NCBI GenBank assembly: GCA_965262115.1
Contig: OZ253496.1
Span: 64,001 to 128,000 of the forward strand
Reading direction: 5' to 3'
Origin: Nitrospinales bacterium
Lineage (GTDB): Bacteria; Nitrospinota; Nitrospinia; Nitrospinales; VA-1
Length of the DNA: 64,000 nucleotides
Position 1 is the stretch's first letter, and each line of letters starts with the position of its first letter. Positions 14,335 to 28,031 of the stretch are shown here, one piece after another. The position numbers and the translations under genes are program-made. The notes under the pieces are model-generated. The model made no database searches. It saw only the letters and a list, made by a program, of their open reading frames with translations, and had not been told where the DNA came from.

Positions 14335-15548
14335 GTAAAAAAAAAAATTCTCATTTCAAGTGTTTCTATGTTCGTTAGTTTTGTTGTTTCTTACATTGTA
14401 GTTTAGTAGTGGAGGACTTCATCAAATGTGGGCCGATTGGTGGAGGGTCTCCTAGGCATTTAAACACTTTCTTAAATACTTATTGCTACTGTATACTATA
14501 CAGATATCATTACATGCTAAATTGTTGCTATTGCTGACTGTCCTCATGTATATTATGTTGTCCACCACAAAATAATCAGAACATACCATATCTTGTTGCT
14601 ATTGTTGACTGCAACCATGAAGACCTACAGCTTCTTTTGAGGACTTGGGAAACATGCACAGGAGAAACAACAACATATATTTTGGTAGGGGGTCACCTAT
14701 GGCTTCCATTACACATGGGAACAGTTGGCCAAGAGCAAGAACTCTGCAAACCAAATAACTGAATTAAGCGAGAGTCATTCGTTGTGAAGGGAATTATCAA
14801 CGTTGTATTTTGACAATACTTACACTTTTGTCATTTTTTGTGTTTTTTTTCTTTACTGGATTGAGGAAAGAAGTAGTCGTGGACGTTTATTTGAAAATTT
14901 AGGGTTTTCTGGCTAAAATTGTAATAATGAGAGGGCCTATTGTACACCAGCTATGCAGAGGAAGAAACAGAGGAACACAGAAACATTCTTGAAGATGAAA
15001 TTCACTTTTTTTTTGCAGTGCCAATTCATTACCTTAGCAAAGCATTCAAAGCACTCTTACAGTCTTTTTGGAGCTAATATCTGCTGGAACTGCCATTATA
15101 AGCATTGCTTGTGGGTGGTAGCCATTTTAAAAAGGGGGTCAATCCAATATAGGGAGTACATAGAAATTATCTTTAATATTAGCTGGTTGATTTGATCATC
15201 CTCAAGTTATTATGCTTATTGGGATCCTCTTTCTTATTCAAAGCTCTACATGCAGCATACTATAATACACATAGATATATGTAAAACACTAACATGTACA
15301 AATTTGGCAATATTTCATGACAAAATTGGAATTTTTTTTTTAACCTATATCTATGGACCTTTGATTAACACGAATTTGATTCCATGATTTAATTTTTGAT
15401 GTATTTTTAATCCAAAACACATGAATTTGGTACAACATGAATTTCATGATTTACAGTAATACCATTTTCTGACCAGGCAGATAATCTTTTTGCTTAGCAT
15501 GTATTTGGACTGTGCCATTTGGTGCTTTCACTTTTAAGCTGAACAACA

Positions 15549-15958
15549 CAGCTGGTTAATATATTGCCTTGGGAATATTCAGCTGGTTAATATATTGCCT
15601 TGGGAATATTCAGCTGGTTAATATATTGCCTTGGGAATATTCAGCTGGTTAATATATTGCCTTGGGGATATTCAGCTGGTTAATATATTGCCTTGGGGAT
15701 ATTCAGCTGGTTAATATATTGCCTTGGGAATATTCAGCTGGTTAATATATTGCCTTGGGGATATTCAGCTGGTTAATATATTGCCTTGGGGATATTCAGC
15801 TGGTTAATATATTGCCTTGGGGATATTCAGCTGGTTAATATATTGCCTTGGGGATATTCAGCTGGTTAATATATTGCCTTGGGAAATTCAGCTGGTTAAT
15901 ATATTGCCTTGGAAATATTCAGCTGGTTAATATATTGCCTTGGGAATATTCAGCTGGT
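15549..15958. repeat. Minisatellite, 31-bp unit, about 13 copies
   Basis: cagctggttaatatattgccttggg(a/g)atatt head-to-tail with no spacers. Confidence 0.97.
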
Positions 15959-18900
15959 GGTATAATTCACCAGAATATTTTGTACATGAAGTATATAGTT
16001 GCTTGCAGTTCTGCATTGAATTGTTGTTGTTGTTTTTAAGGACAAAAAGAAGGATATGACTGATTGATATATCACTGGGGTTTATCCAACTCAGGAGGTC
16101 GTGAAGTTTCTCCTACTTCATTGTAGTAGTATATTGGTGATCACCTAGGTGACCCAGAACCCTTATTCTCTAAATTAATAGTGTATAGACCCCCATTCTG
16201 TGGCAAACAAAATCCACATGCACACCTGCGGCAGTCTTGATTGGTGGTAGTCACACATTTTCTATCCTGTACACAGACACATAATGTTCTCATGCTCAGA
16301 AGCGATGGCCCAGACCATGCACTATTGTAGATACACATTCCTGACAAAGGTATTCGATGTTCCAAGTGGCATTCATGGGATGCACAGGCCATGACCCAAT
16401 CGTAGTCACTCACACTCCATGCTTAGTACAGAATAGTACAGTGTTTGATCTTGTCCACATAGCTACCATGGGAGGAATCAACCATAGTCTAGTTGTAGTC
16501 ACATGTACCCAAGATGTATGTTCTCTGTATAGCCAACCCCCACAACATGGCTGCATTGTAGTTGTGTACCATCCAAGTTTGCACGATAAGCAAGAGGTAG
16601 CATTTTGATTTTTTCTGCACTCCATAAGGTACCAGGTAATTCACTGTGAGCTTGTTGTGGCATGCTATAGGCATGCACAGGGTGTGCAACATCATTTTAC
16701 TTAGAACTGAAAAGTTAAGGTGGTAATAACAGGTTGTGCTCATAGGAGAACACGGCACTCCACTACCGTAATTACAGTCATTGTTTGTCTCCCTGGTGTG
16801 GCCTCTCCTGAGATTATGGTCTATGAATTCACAGCAAGAATAAACTCTTCAAACTGTTAATATCATTAGAATACAAATGCAATAAAGTCATATATAAAAA
16901 AATTTAAATTTTTATTTTAAACAAACAAATCAAATTTATTAATTTTTTTTTTACTTGTAAAAGACAGATATTTAAAATCAGCGATCAAACTCACGGATGC
17001 TCATTCTTGAAATACACCAATGTTCTCATTCCAAATTTTTAACTGACTAACTAACTGCTGATATAAAGACTTATTGAGCTGCTCAATCTCAGCTAAAAAC
17101 TCATATCCTCCCTTTGCCATCTCGATGCATACATAAATACATAGCACATATGGTCATCCAACGTCTAGCCCTTCTGGCAACTCCAATTGTAGTTCTGTTT
17201 TAGCCACTACTTTAATTTGGTATTCCCTACACTCATTCCTCTCTCTCCTTCCTGCAGCTTCACACATTCTTTCCAGATATATGTTGGGTTGGTCACTTGG
17301 TCAAAGTTTTGGAATGGGAACATTAATGTATTAATAGAATGAGCATCCATGGGTTCGATCCCGCTCTCAAGCATTTTACTCCCTCTCCCCCCATTCTCTT
17401 TTATCTCTCTCTGCCATATTTGATGACATATATGTCTCTACATTGCCAGTGTAATGCTAAATCCTATTGCCATATTACTCCTCTTACACCGTACTTCACA
17501 AGCGCAGTCTCGCGATTACACAGATATATTACGCTCAGGCTGCCAATGTTGAGAACTTAGAAAGACCATGGTGTATACCTACACAAGGTGGAGCACTGCA
17601 TCTGGAATACTACATACAGCTGTAACACACTTGCCAAGGAGCATAGTGAAATTCAAATAATTAGTGGCAGATTTTACATTATTGGTATGTAGCTATTAGC
17701 TAGTGTCGAAAACAAATGACACGTTTTTGTTAGCACAATGAATTATAATGTAACCTTGAGCCTGATACACTATGCTAAGTGGGGAAAAGGAGCACCAAAA
17801 TTTCTGTATGAACACAAAAACCTGTCAAGAAGTCTTCTCCAGCATATGCAGTTGTTTGGGATTTCTCTACGCATAATTTGGATGGGTTATCCTTTATGAT
17901 TGAGTGTATGATCTGGGAGATTTATTTATGATATATGGTGACAATATATTTGGTAGTGTGGAAAAAATGGAATCTCTTGAGCTAGACTTTAAAAAATAAA
18001 AGGCTGGGTTGGAAGCTATCCTACTGTCAGGCTTGGTACACCACATTTTATTTCTGCCTGCCAAATTGTAGATCTTTTAAAACCATGTGACTATTTGCAG
18101 CTGTGCGCACTGTATGTTGGATTGTTGGAGTAGCCCAACCATTTTGTTTAGTGAATGAAGTGTTCTGAGGATTCTGACTGAGGCTAATGGGAAGCTGGAT
18201 TATGAATGCCCGGGAATTTTTTTTATGAACATAGTATTCACAGCAAACAATGCATTTGTTAGCTTCCATATCAGTACTGGACAAGCATTGGTCATCTAGC
18301 AAACTAGTTGGAATCAAAAGGATCATTAAAAGGAAAAGATGAAAAAAGAAACAAAAAAAACTGAACACAGCTTGCATTGTAACTGTGTATTATCTGTCAT
18401 GTGTCTTTTGTTATGTCAATGCATTCCTTTCTGTCTCGGAATGTTGGCAACCAGACCAAGCAGTTTATTTCCCTCCCTCTGTTTTCTGTATAAACCGCCT
18501 GGCTGATGAGACTAATAATAAAATGGTGGAGCAAATGTAAGAGGAGTTTATACTTCAGCTAAAACTGCTTCTTTACTGCCTAAATGAAGGTTTCAGCTGA
18601 TGTTTTCTCCAAAATAACTCCAAGTCTGCCTTGGATACTTCACTAAGGTTGTAAACCAGTTGAAAGTTTGAAAAAAAGCATGAAATTCATCGTTAAGGAT
18701 CATATGTCTCTTTTTCTTCCTTCACATAACTTCATACAACAGGTCCATTCATAAAAATATTAAAACCAGAAAACTCCAAATGTTCCAATGACTTGTCCTT
18801 TTTGTCGATCCAGTGAACCAAAAATAAAAATGGTAAAAAGTGGTATATGCTGATAAAACCGAATTACCATTTAAGACTTAAATACCATTAAAACCGAACA

Positions 18901-19384
18901 CACTCGTACTAGCGTGTTTATTATCATGCTAGCACAATGAATGACTTGCACTTAATTCAGCCATTTAGTTTGTGGAGTTCTCGCTTCTGGTCCAAAAAAG
19001 GTCATAGCTGATCCTCTGCCAAAACATCCATTGTTTGGTAGGTAGTGTTCTCCTGTGCAATGTGCAATGTGACAAAGTCCTTGAAAAGAGGCTGTAGCTG
19101 AACCTACATGGGACAGTCTACAATAGCAACATGATATGCCATGTTCTATTGTGTCTATGGGTACAGTCAAAAATAGCAACAATACCATGTGTGGATATGT
19201 GTTAGTAAGTGTAGTATGCAACTACAATAAACATGTATCTAAAAGCCAAGGAGATCCATCTAACACTCAGCTCACACTTGATGTAGTCCTCCACCACCAC
19301 TCCTCACTGCTCAACTGTAATATACAGAAACAACGAAACAAACCAACAAACCAACAAAAATAACTTGAAACAAAAACAAGCAGA

Positions 19385-19620
19385 CCACATTGACATTGAA
19401 AAGGAAAGGTAACAAGACTGTACCCATATAGACCACAACCAGTTGGATTCCCTCTTACCGTTTAAAAATCATGTGCATTAATATTTTTCAGATTTTACCA
19501 ACGTAGTGCTTAGCAACCACAAAAAGCAGCATATATTTCAAATAGTAAAGGGGTATTAACTAGGTCTACATGGGTACAGTCTCGTTTCCTATCTTTTTAA
19601 TTAACAGTCCATCCAATTTT
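19385..19620. mobile_element. Second copy of the fold-back MITE family
   Basis: aagactgtacccatatagacc..ggtctacatgggtacagtct inverted arms, similar to 14073-14334. Confidence 0.65.
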
Positions 19621-21050
19621 GTTGTATACTTTTACATTTGTTCTTGTATACTTTGTTTCTCATACTAGTCATGTGACTATATTTTTGTGAGAGCCTATTA
19701 CACACACCAGCAAAGAACCATCTCAATGAGAAGGTTAAACATCTGGTCCTGTTCACAATTGATGAGCATCAGATAGTATTACGTGAACTCATGACATCAA
19801 TGGTTCTCACCAAGATCAGAAGTATACCTTGGCACGCCTTGCACAAGATTATTATGTGACCAAGATTATTGTGTAAGCATTTAGGTATAGTTATGGTGTA
19901 ATATCACGAATATTAAAAAAAAAAAATTTTTAAAAAATTATAAAATTTTTAATAAAGTCCTATAGCTGATGAGATTAAATGATTGGGGAAAAATTGGTCA
20001 CAGCAATATTTTGTGATGTAAAATAGCAATTAATTAGTATCACTGCTGATGTGCCAAATACTTGAGATGATTAAGACCATACTGGATTTATATCCAATCA
20101 AAGTTTCAAACTGGCAGCTAATTTTCTTTGACTGTGTGCCATACAACATGTTACATGCACCAGATTGGACAAAGCCCTGCAAATCGGTAGAAGTACGCTT
20201 ATTGTGAAACCAAGGGCATTTGTAACTGATAATGAAATGATTATGCTAGATATTTTTCTCAGTGTTGAATGAAATGCTGTATTTGTTCGATAAAGGTCGG
20301 CCGCTCTCCTTGAGCAGAAATTCTCTTGGCACTCTAATAGTGACCTCTCCTGTAAAACAAACACCACCCAGGAATAACCTGCTCCTCATGATTTTGACCA
20401 TTAACTTAACTTTGAAACTGCATAGAGTAGTTTGGGAAAGTGAGTCTTGAAATTTGGTCTCCACTGGAAATAAAGAGATATCTAACACCAGTAGCATTCT
20501 AATACTAAACAGGACAATTGCTGCGGAATTTAGTCTCCACTGGAAGTAGTGAAAAATCATACACCACCAGCAGCGATTATGACTACTCACTTTTTTGCTT
20601 TTTGATTTATGTCGATGACGATGACACATGCCACTGTAAACCTCGCCATTTCAGCGATTTTGGTGTTTTTCTAGAAATAGAAGGTTAGGTGCAGCCTTGC
20701 TAGCAAACAGCTTCAGTTAGATTTCAATGTGTGACCTCTAGCATTGCTTCTTGCTAATGGCTACCAAATTACTTTCTATGTGCCGATATCTGCTGTTGTC
20801 AATAACAAGAAATTCACATGCGTGGATATGTCTGCTATCAGCTCTATAGTTCACTGCCATCCGCCAATTTAAAATAGATGTCAAAGCAATATGGGGATTA
20901 TTAGCATATTTACTCTTGAATGAGTATAAAAAAGTATGCGATAGCTCCTTTTCAGTCTTTAGTGTTTTAGTAATAGGTAATTCAAACACAATTTCCAAAA
21001 ACGAATTCACATAGTCACATTGTTATTATACTATTGTTATGTACTTACAG

Positions 21051-22283
21051 ATGGGGGATTCTTGGCATAAACCTCATTGGCCCATTTGCAGCCAGCGATA
21101 ATGGCCACAAATATGTTTGCACTGTGACTGATCCCTTTTATGAAGTGGTTATTTGCTCGGCCCATCAAGTCGAAGTCTGCTGCTGAATTTGCTTGTGTAA
21201 TTCTCAAGTTCATCAGCAGTTATGGTCCTCCCATGGAAAATTATAATGGACCAGGGCCGTGAATTTTTGACCCAGGTTAGTAGCACTAGAACTGAATGCA
21301 ATGCTTAATGTTGTGAGCGAAGTAGCAGTCGAGCAGAAATTTATTTATTTAATGTATTTAAACAATTATCTTTTTTTTAAGTATATTTTGCAGCCATTTT
21401 TTAATTCATGTGCTGTGATAAGCTTAGTTCAAATAAAAGCTTTATAGATTGAATTTAGTTTTTTTACTGATAAAAAGGTCAGCACAGGATACAAAGAGTT
21501 CACTATACCTAGCCATATTTAATATTTCTTTGCCAGGAAAGGTTGGGCTACTCTTAACCAATTACACTCTGACTTTATTCATGGATTTTTAGAACAATTA
21601 TATTTATGGCTAAATATAACTTTTTTTTAGAATAAACTTTTTCAAACTGTCCATAAAATTAGAATGGAAATACAATAAGCTGCAGTTTGGTATATGAATC
21701 AGCATTATTGAGGTAAACAAATACAAGCTATGCATCTGTACGTCGACAATAAACTTACAGCAAAACATCCATAGGAGCGACTCTTTTCTCTAGAATAATA
21801 GGAATCTGACTTACTTCTAGTAGCACTGGTATCTGTCCAGCTGAAGAGCATCCAGAAACTCTCATGAAGGCCTAGAAGAGACAAATCTTGATTGAGTGGG
21901 TGAACGAGTCAGCCATTGGTTTTTGTTTTTTTTCATATTTGAATGATGGAGAACTCTCTCCTGGCCATGTGCTGGTAAAAATACAGTGTGCAATGATCAT
22001 TTTTTAATATATATTTTTGTGACCAATTTACTTATTTACTGCATTTGCCACCCACTGTGTTTAATTGGTTAATATTGCTCTAAAATCTTCAGTCAGGTTG
22101 CTTCCTCTTTACAGTAAATGTTCAGAATGTGTACTGCTGTGTGAACTAGTGGTCTATACTCTTTTCCCCTTTTTTGACAACTCGGGTCAATGATTCATTT
22201 TTGTTGCCTTTTAGGTGAAACAAATGATGTATTCCGCGTACCATCCCGAAAGCAATGGCCAAGATGCGCGAACAAATACAATC
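21051..22283 (+). pseudogene. Intron-containing Gypsy-like integrase (Ginger/GIN-type) relic
   Basis: Exon 21051-21275 (ttacag|...|gttag) reads WGILGINLIGPF..NGHKYVCTVTD..KW..IIMDQGREF with frameshifts; exon from 22215 (ttttag|) reads VKQMMYSAYHPESNGQDARTN. Confidence 0.8.
21600..21890 (+). repeat. Host interspersed repeat, paralogous to ~34450-34750
   Basis: Collinear shared blocks aaatacaataa, attgaggtaa, aagctatg, ttacagcaaa, ggag.gactc.tt.tc, agag..tccagaaact. Confidence 0.75.
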
Positions 22284-23284
22284 CTCTAGCGCCCATTCTT
22301 TCTTTTAAGCACCTATAAATTTGCTGTGTCTGTGGGGGCTGCATTTAGCACCGTAGCATGAATATGCATGAACTTTAATTTTTTTAATTTGCATGCCAAA
22401 TACTGGTGGAAGGATTAATGCAACAGTAGAGGTGAGAAGTGCAGTCTCTATCTAAGCTTATATTCGACAATGGTTGCTTTCCTGTTTTAAAAGTTCATTA
22501 GTAGCATAGAACTAACCGGTTATGGATATTCCTCGCACGCAAGTGTCAGCTTTTCATCAATGAAAGTAATCCGTACAAATGTGTGGACATGATGGCCACA
22601 ATCAATATCATCAATAGTAGAAAGAAGTATTTCTTTGACTGCATAATTATTGAGTTGTGTACTAAGTACAGTGTTCAATATTCCATAAATGTTTCATTTT
22701 ATTTTAAGTGTGCATAATTTATCAGTATTATAATCAGTGGTTAGTAGGTGCACTGTTAGTAGACAGTCTAAGCTAAACGACCCATTTGTAAGATATATGA
22801 GAGGAACTCAAATAATAGTACCTTACACTTTTTAGAATAAATCAAATTTTAAAATTGGTATGAACTATTAATAGCATTGGACCGTACACTCCATAGTAAC
22901 CACAGTAACTCATTTTATTAGTATATAAGTTTCGTTGTTTCCACAAATCCTGAATAAACAGGTATGGGTACAGATTGAAGGAGCCAAGGTCAAGCATAAA
23001 GCTTACTTTGATTCCAAACAGAAAGGAGTCATAAGATTTATGTGCTATAGAGATTTATGTTACATTATTCCTGAGATAATGACTGGATAGGCAGAAATGC
23101 AAACAAAACAAACAAACAAAAAAAATTAAGGTTGAGAGTCTCCCTTTAAGCTCATCATAACTTTAAAGTTTTTTTTTTTTAGTATATAGCCAACTTTTCC
23201 ATTGCAGATAAATTTCTATAGCTTTAAAGCCTTTATTTAGTAGCAACTTTTCAATGGCAAGGTATCTCCTGAGTCTCCACCCGT

Positions 23285-25800
23285 TCCATGTTAAACCAAC
23301 CTGTGGGCTGATATTGTGATATTTTCCAGTTGTAGATGTTGTTTGCATCAAAATACTGGATGTGAGTGGTGGGCTTGGAGGGATTGTGCCCTTGGATTCT
23401 TGGGTTATTTGGTCCTGGAGAACTGCTTGGGCATTATGGAGATGCCACCTCGCATCCCTTTCTCCATGAAGAGATGCATGTCTTAATCTGTAAACAACTC
23501 AAGTGCCACACTCCAAGCTCCACACCTGTTTCTTAGAGCAAAGCATCCTACAAGAGTCCCTGGCTCAAATAATATGGGAGGGGACCATGGTTCACCTTAT
23601 TTGGGAGGCATGAATGATTAGTGCATGTGTGGTTCACGTTATACTTGTTTGGAGGGCATAAATGATTAGTGCAGTGGTGGAGCTCTTGAATACACCAGCC
23701 AGGAGCAGGATGTTCATTCAGAGATATATAGAGATTGTGGTTGTCACACTGATATCTTTGTCCTCTGGGTAGGTATATCTCCTGGAACCAAGCTGTCCAT
23801 TCACTTGTAGGAGTAGACTCCTTCAGGAGCAACAGGTCTCATTTCCATCTTGCTCTTAAGGGTTGTGATGCTGAAGTCATCTGGCTTGCTACCAGCCACC
23901 AGCTTTTCCTAAGAGGTGGGAAGAAACTGGATGCTGTCAATGAACTAGAGCTGTCACAGTAGAGTGGAGACGTGTATGTACTTCTTTCTCTGAGTTGTTG
24001 AAGGTGTAGGCGATGCTTCCCTTGGTCTAGTAGATAGTAGGCATCAGGAAATGGGTGATGTAGCCCTGCAGATTGTGTGGAAGACTGGGATGATGCTGGT
24101 CATTGGCGTGAGTAGCTGCAACCTTACTTAATCGTTGTCATTGGGTAGCAACTCAAAACCTTCTGGTGATATGGCAATCGTCGCAAACAGAGATGGGCAG
24201 TCTGTTCATTAAGCTCTAGAGTCTCCATCAAGGGGTTTGCCGTAAATGTGGCAGTCCTGTGCTGGTCTGTGGCCCCACCAGTCCTTCTAAAATCATGTGG
24301 ATGAGTTGGAGAAGGACCAGGACCTCCTTGATCTTTCTGTTCCCCCTCTTTCAGGGGGAGATAATTAAAGACTTTGGGTCCTCAATACACCATAGTGTTG
24401 TCTTCCAATCATAGAGGACAACTATGTAGAAATAGCCACAAGTTTTGTGGTGGGATTTTTCCTGTATTCCATTCTTGAAAATGTCTTGTCAGGGCCCTCA
24501 ATCTTATGGATGATGGTCTCTAGGTCAGTATAGATCATGCATGCAGTGAACCTTGAATTACTTGTGATGATACTCGAAGTGGATTTCGACTTAATCGTGT
24601 TTGGAAATCTTAATGGACATTACAGGCTGGTTCATGCCTCAGCAGTCGGGCATGTATTTCCCCAATAGGTTTTAGTGAACCAATGGAGGCTGCCTTTCAC
24701 AGAAGTTCTTGCATCCTTTGTAAGTAATCTGGTCATAGGAGCCAGTTATAGTCTTTAACTCATATGAAGTAGTGCTTCTCTAGGGAGAGTGGGATGGGAG
24801 GGCTGACTCTCGTCCAGTCCAGACTATCATGGTGGGATAATTGTATTGTCGATATGCATGTTTTCCATGGAAACTCCACAGCATGCAGAAAACAGCACAG
24901 ACAGTGGTCATCCCTATTCCTGACATTGATATAGCCTTTCTTTCCTGTACCACTGCAGGTAACTGGTAGGAACTCCCAGCAGTGGTTGATATCGTGAAAT
25001 ATCTATCCAGAGGTTTTCAAAAAGTTGACCACTCACTCCAACCCCTCTCTCGTGTACTTCTCGAGTCTCTCAAGGAGTTGTTGTGTGTCTCATTCAAAGC
25101 CATGGGGATCTCATGGGTCTGCATAAGTGCAATTTACAGGGCTGCTAAAGTTTCAGATTTTGTTCAAGTACTCGAATTTTTCTAGCTTTACAAAAGTACT
25201 CGGACACTCTGGATTCGACGACCAGGACAGAAAATTCAGATTTCTGCTCTTTATAATTTGAAAGTTGGTATTTGGGCAAACAGATGAGAAATTCTAAGCG
25301 ACAGCACTTGGGGTACATAAGCCTGCGTACTAGCGTCAGCGATTCAGCATGCACGTCAAGGACACATCCAGAAAATTACTGCAATGAGTGTATGGTAAGG
25401 CAGCAGACTGGCCTGTGACATTGTTTACTTTCAGAGTAGCACTTGTGTTCCTGACTGATTTGCAGCAGTTGGCATTATATAGCTAAACTCCCTTGTGGTA
25501 AAAGAATGACATAACGATGTCTTTGGATTTCTCAGGATAATATATAATGGCTAGATTAGGATATTTCAATTATCATTAGGATTTTTGGTCTAGAAATGTT
25601 GGCAGTCCTGAATTTACTTACTGTGGAAGACTGAGTTGATCATCAGTCAGTCATCATTGGGGTCATCTTTTCAGAGTTCACCTTCACAACAAGCTGAAGC
25701 TACATATTTTCAAAGCTCCTAGCTCATGTGAGTTTTCCTTTGGATAGGATGATAATCTCCATTAAGAAAATACTGCAGATCTTGGGAAGATGGGTGTTAC
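23285..25800 (-). pseudogene. Decayed protein-primed DNA polymerase B of Polinton/Maverick (adintovirus-like) type
   Basis: DMHLFMEKGMRGGIS, YFDANNIYNW (motif A, cf. YLDANNLYGW), HNLQGY, DDCH, WLLYDQ..KNFCER and LWIDISRYQP fragments in the expected order; heavily disrupted. Confidence 0.8.
25137..25610. mobile_element. ~474-bp MITE inserted in the pPolB relic
   Basis: TIRs cagggctgctaaagtttcaga and tctagaaatgttggcagtcctg; AATTTA flanks both ends. Confidence 0.65.
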
Positions 25801-26619
25801 TCTGACACGTGCATATGCCAAGCCCTGAGGTAATGAGAGAAGATAGTCTTCTCATCGAAATGCATCCAGCTGCTCTTTGAGGATGGCCTTCAAGCCCGAT
25901 GGATAATGCTCCTTCAATGGGTCAATATGGGCTTCCTCACTCCATGAGCCAGCATGAGCCTTATTCATGGGCTAGTGTAGAGGTTGGAACAGGCTTAGTA
26001 GTTGGTGTGACTTGCCTTCAAAGCAACATTCAAGGCTTTGGACCCTATCACACTTTGTTCATACAGCGTTAATAGTTTGTTAACAGTAGTGTCTGCTATC
26101 TAGGAATTCTTTACTCTAAAAGGGGTGGGTTTGGTCTGTCAGGCAACCTAGTAAACACCAAGTTACTTGCCAACAGCTCCCTATGACCTATAAAATTCTC
26201 TAATAGAGGTAATTAGTGGGCGAGTTCTGTCAGGCTACCTCCTAGACAGCTATAAAATGCTGGCCATTAGCTCCCTATACCCTATCAAATAATAATAGGC
26301 GTGGTATGACAGACAACTTCTGTTCCTCAGTCTAGTTGAAATGTAAACTGCTTAGGAATCCTAACACACAATAACTCTGCACGGAAAATCCATCTACATC
26401 TCCACCCATGGGTGGGGTGCCTGCTGGGTGATGTACCTGACAAAAAAAACCTTTGAGGATTTTTTCAGTCGGATGTTCCTTGGAGCACACAGGGGTGATG
26501 AAGGTGTGTGGGCATCGATGTTTTGGAACACTTTGTGTTTCTGAGCCTCAAGTAGTGTAGGGAATAGGGGTTCTAGGAGAATGAGCTACTGCATCTTGCA
26601 AGTCTATTTTTATAGTTAT

Positions 26620-27285
26620 TACCTGTTTCTCAATATGTGGCATAAGTTTTATGCATAAAATAGTAAAGGTAACCTTGGACATCCGTAAGTAGTCCTTCCA
26701 CCATGCACTACAGACCCTATCACACTCTCCAACCATACAGCTGATCGGGGCCTGCACCACTTCTTGTTTAAACCAAATGCAAGAGCCATGGCCATCAACC
26801 TTTATAAAATGTAAGTAGTCTACAGTAGCTCTGACCAAGTATGTGAAATTACCAATCCTTCCATTCTCTGTTTGTCTATCTGCTCCAAACCAGCACACTC
26901 TGACATGAGCTCTCCGTGCCATCCTCTCTTTTCTCCTTGCAATTATCCCTCTCATTCTCCTTGTCCTCCAATCTCTTAGCACACTTTGCTTCCTCCTCCT
27001 CTCAACAACCATAGTCCTATGTAGTTGCATATACAGCATTATCCCTACTACAAAGACAGCAGCAACAACTGGTGCAATAGCCATGGCTGTCTCTGTAGTG
27101 TGGCTGCTCATGTGACAATGTGAGGAATTCCACACAACACAGTGTGAATCACTTTTGGATGGGTGTCAAGCCAGTGTGAAGCCAGTTTGGTAACACTTTT
27201 TTGTTCTTGTGTAGACCCAACCTATCCAGTATCAAGCCAGCTCCATGGAACTAGTTCAAGTTTTGTGTGCAGTGTGAGCAGGCCT
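26620..27285 (-). mobile_element. PIF/Harbinger transposon 5' fragment
   Basis: WWKDYLRMSKVTFTILCIKLMPHIEKQ resembles the HARBI1 N-terminal FRMS..TF..L motif; terminus TTA|AGGCCTGCTCACACTG at 27285. Confidence 0.7.
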
Positions 27286-28031
27286 TAAGTGTGTGGCTAG
27301 GGCTATCCATAGCTAGGGCTAGAGAAAATACAGGGATAAAGGGATAAGCTAGTGCTGGGGACCTCAGATTATGGTTAGTTGTTTAGTTTGACACCAGGAC
27401 CGAGTGATAGATCCAGGACTGTCCCAGAAGATCCAGGACAGTTGGCAACTATGCAGATAAATGCTATATAGGGAGGGTTGTTCCAATCTACAACAGACAA
27501 TTACAGGTTAAAGGCATTTAATAGTACAGCAGTCCTGATGTGTCATCGTTAGAGTGTACATTAAAAATGTATAAACATACCACACAATATTATGATATTA
27601 AACAATGCTGCTCAAGTCCATAATACTTTATCACCCTATTATTATTATTATTATTTTTTATTATCTTTTTAGTAGACTTCAAGTCTGTGGGACTATTTAG
27701 AAGCTTTATTGGCAGAAATATAACGAAATTTCATTGAATAATGAAACCACAATCAATCCAATATAAATGTAATAGGGAGAGCATGGACATGTGCATAATT
27801 TTGAACATATAATGGCATGTTATAGTAATACATAACTTATAATAATACATAACTATATATAAAGTGGTTGGCTTGTCTTTATCAACAATAGTATATGACA
27901 GGTTTATACTAAATGATTACACAGTGACCACATAACAAGCATAAAGAAGTGTAACATATTAAAGAAGTGTTTTGTGTTGTTGTTATTGCTGCTTAGGTTA
28001 CAAAACATTCTGTCACTCAAGATGAAGTGGC

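Noticed and set aside
15549..15958. 31-bp array as a CRISPR array
   Set aside because: Units are contiguous with no unique spacers, there are no cas genes, and the context is eukaryotic.
16141..16830. Cys-rich frames as a host exon
   Set aside because: No domain or consistent splice phase could be supported.
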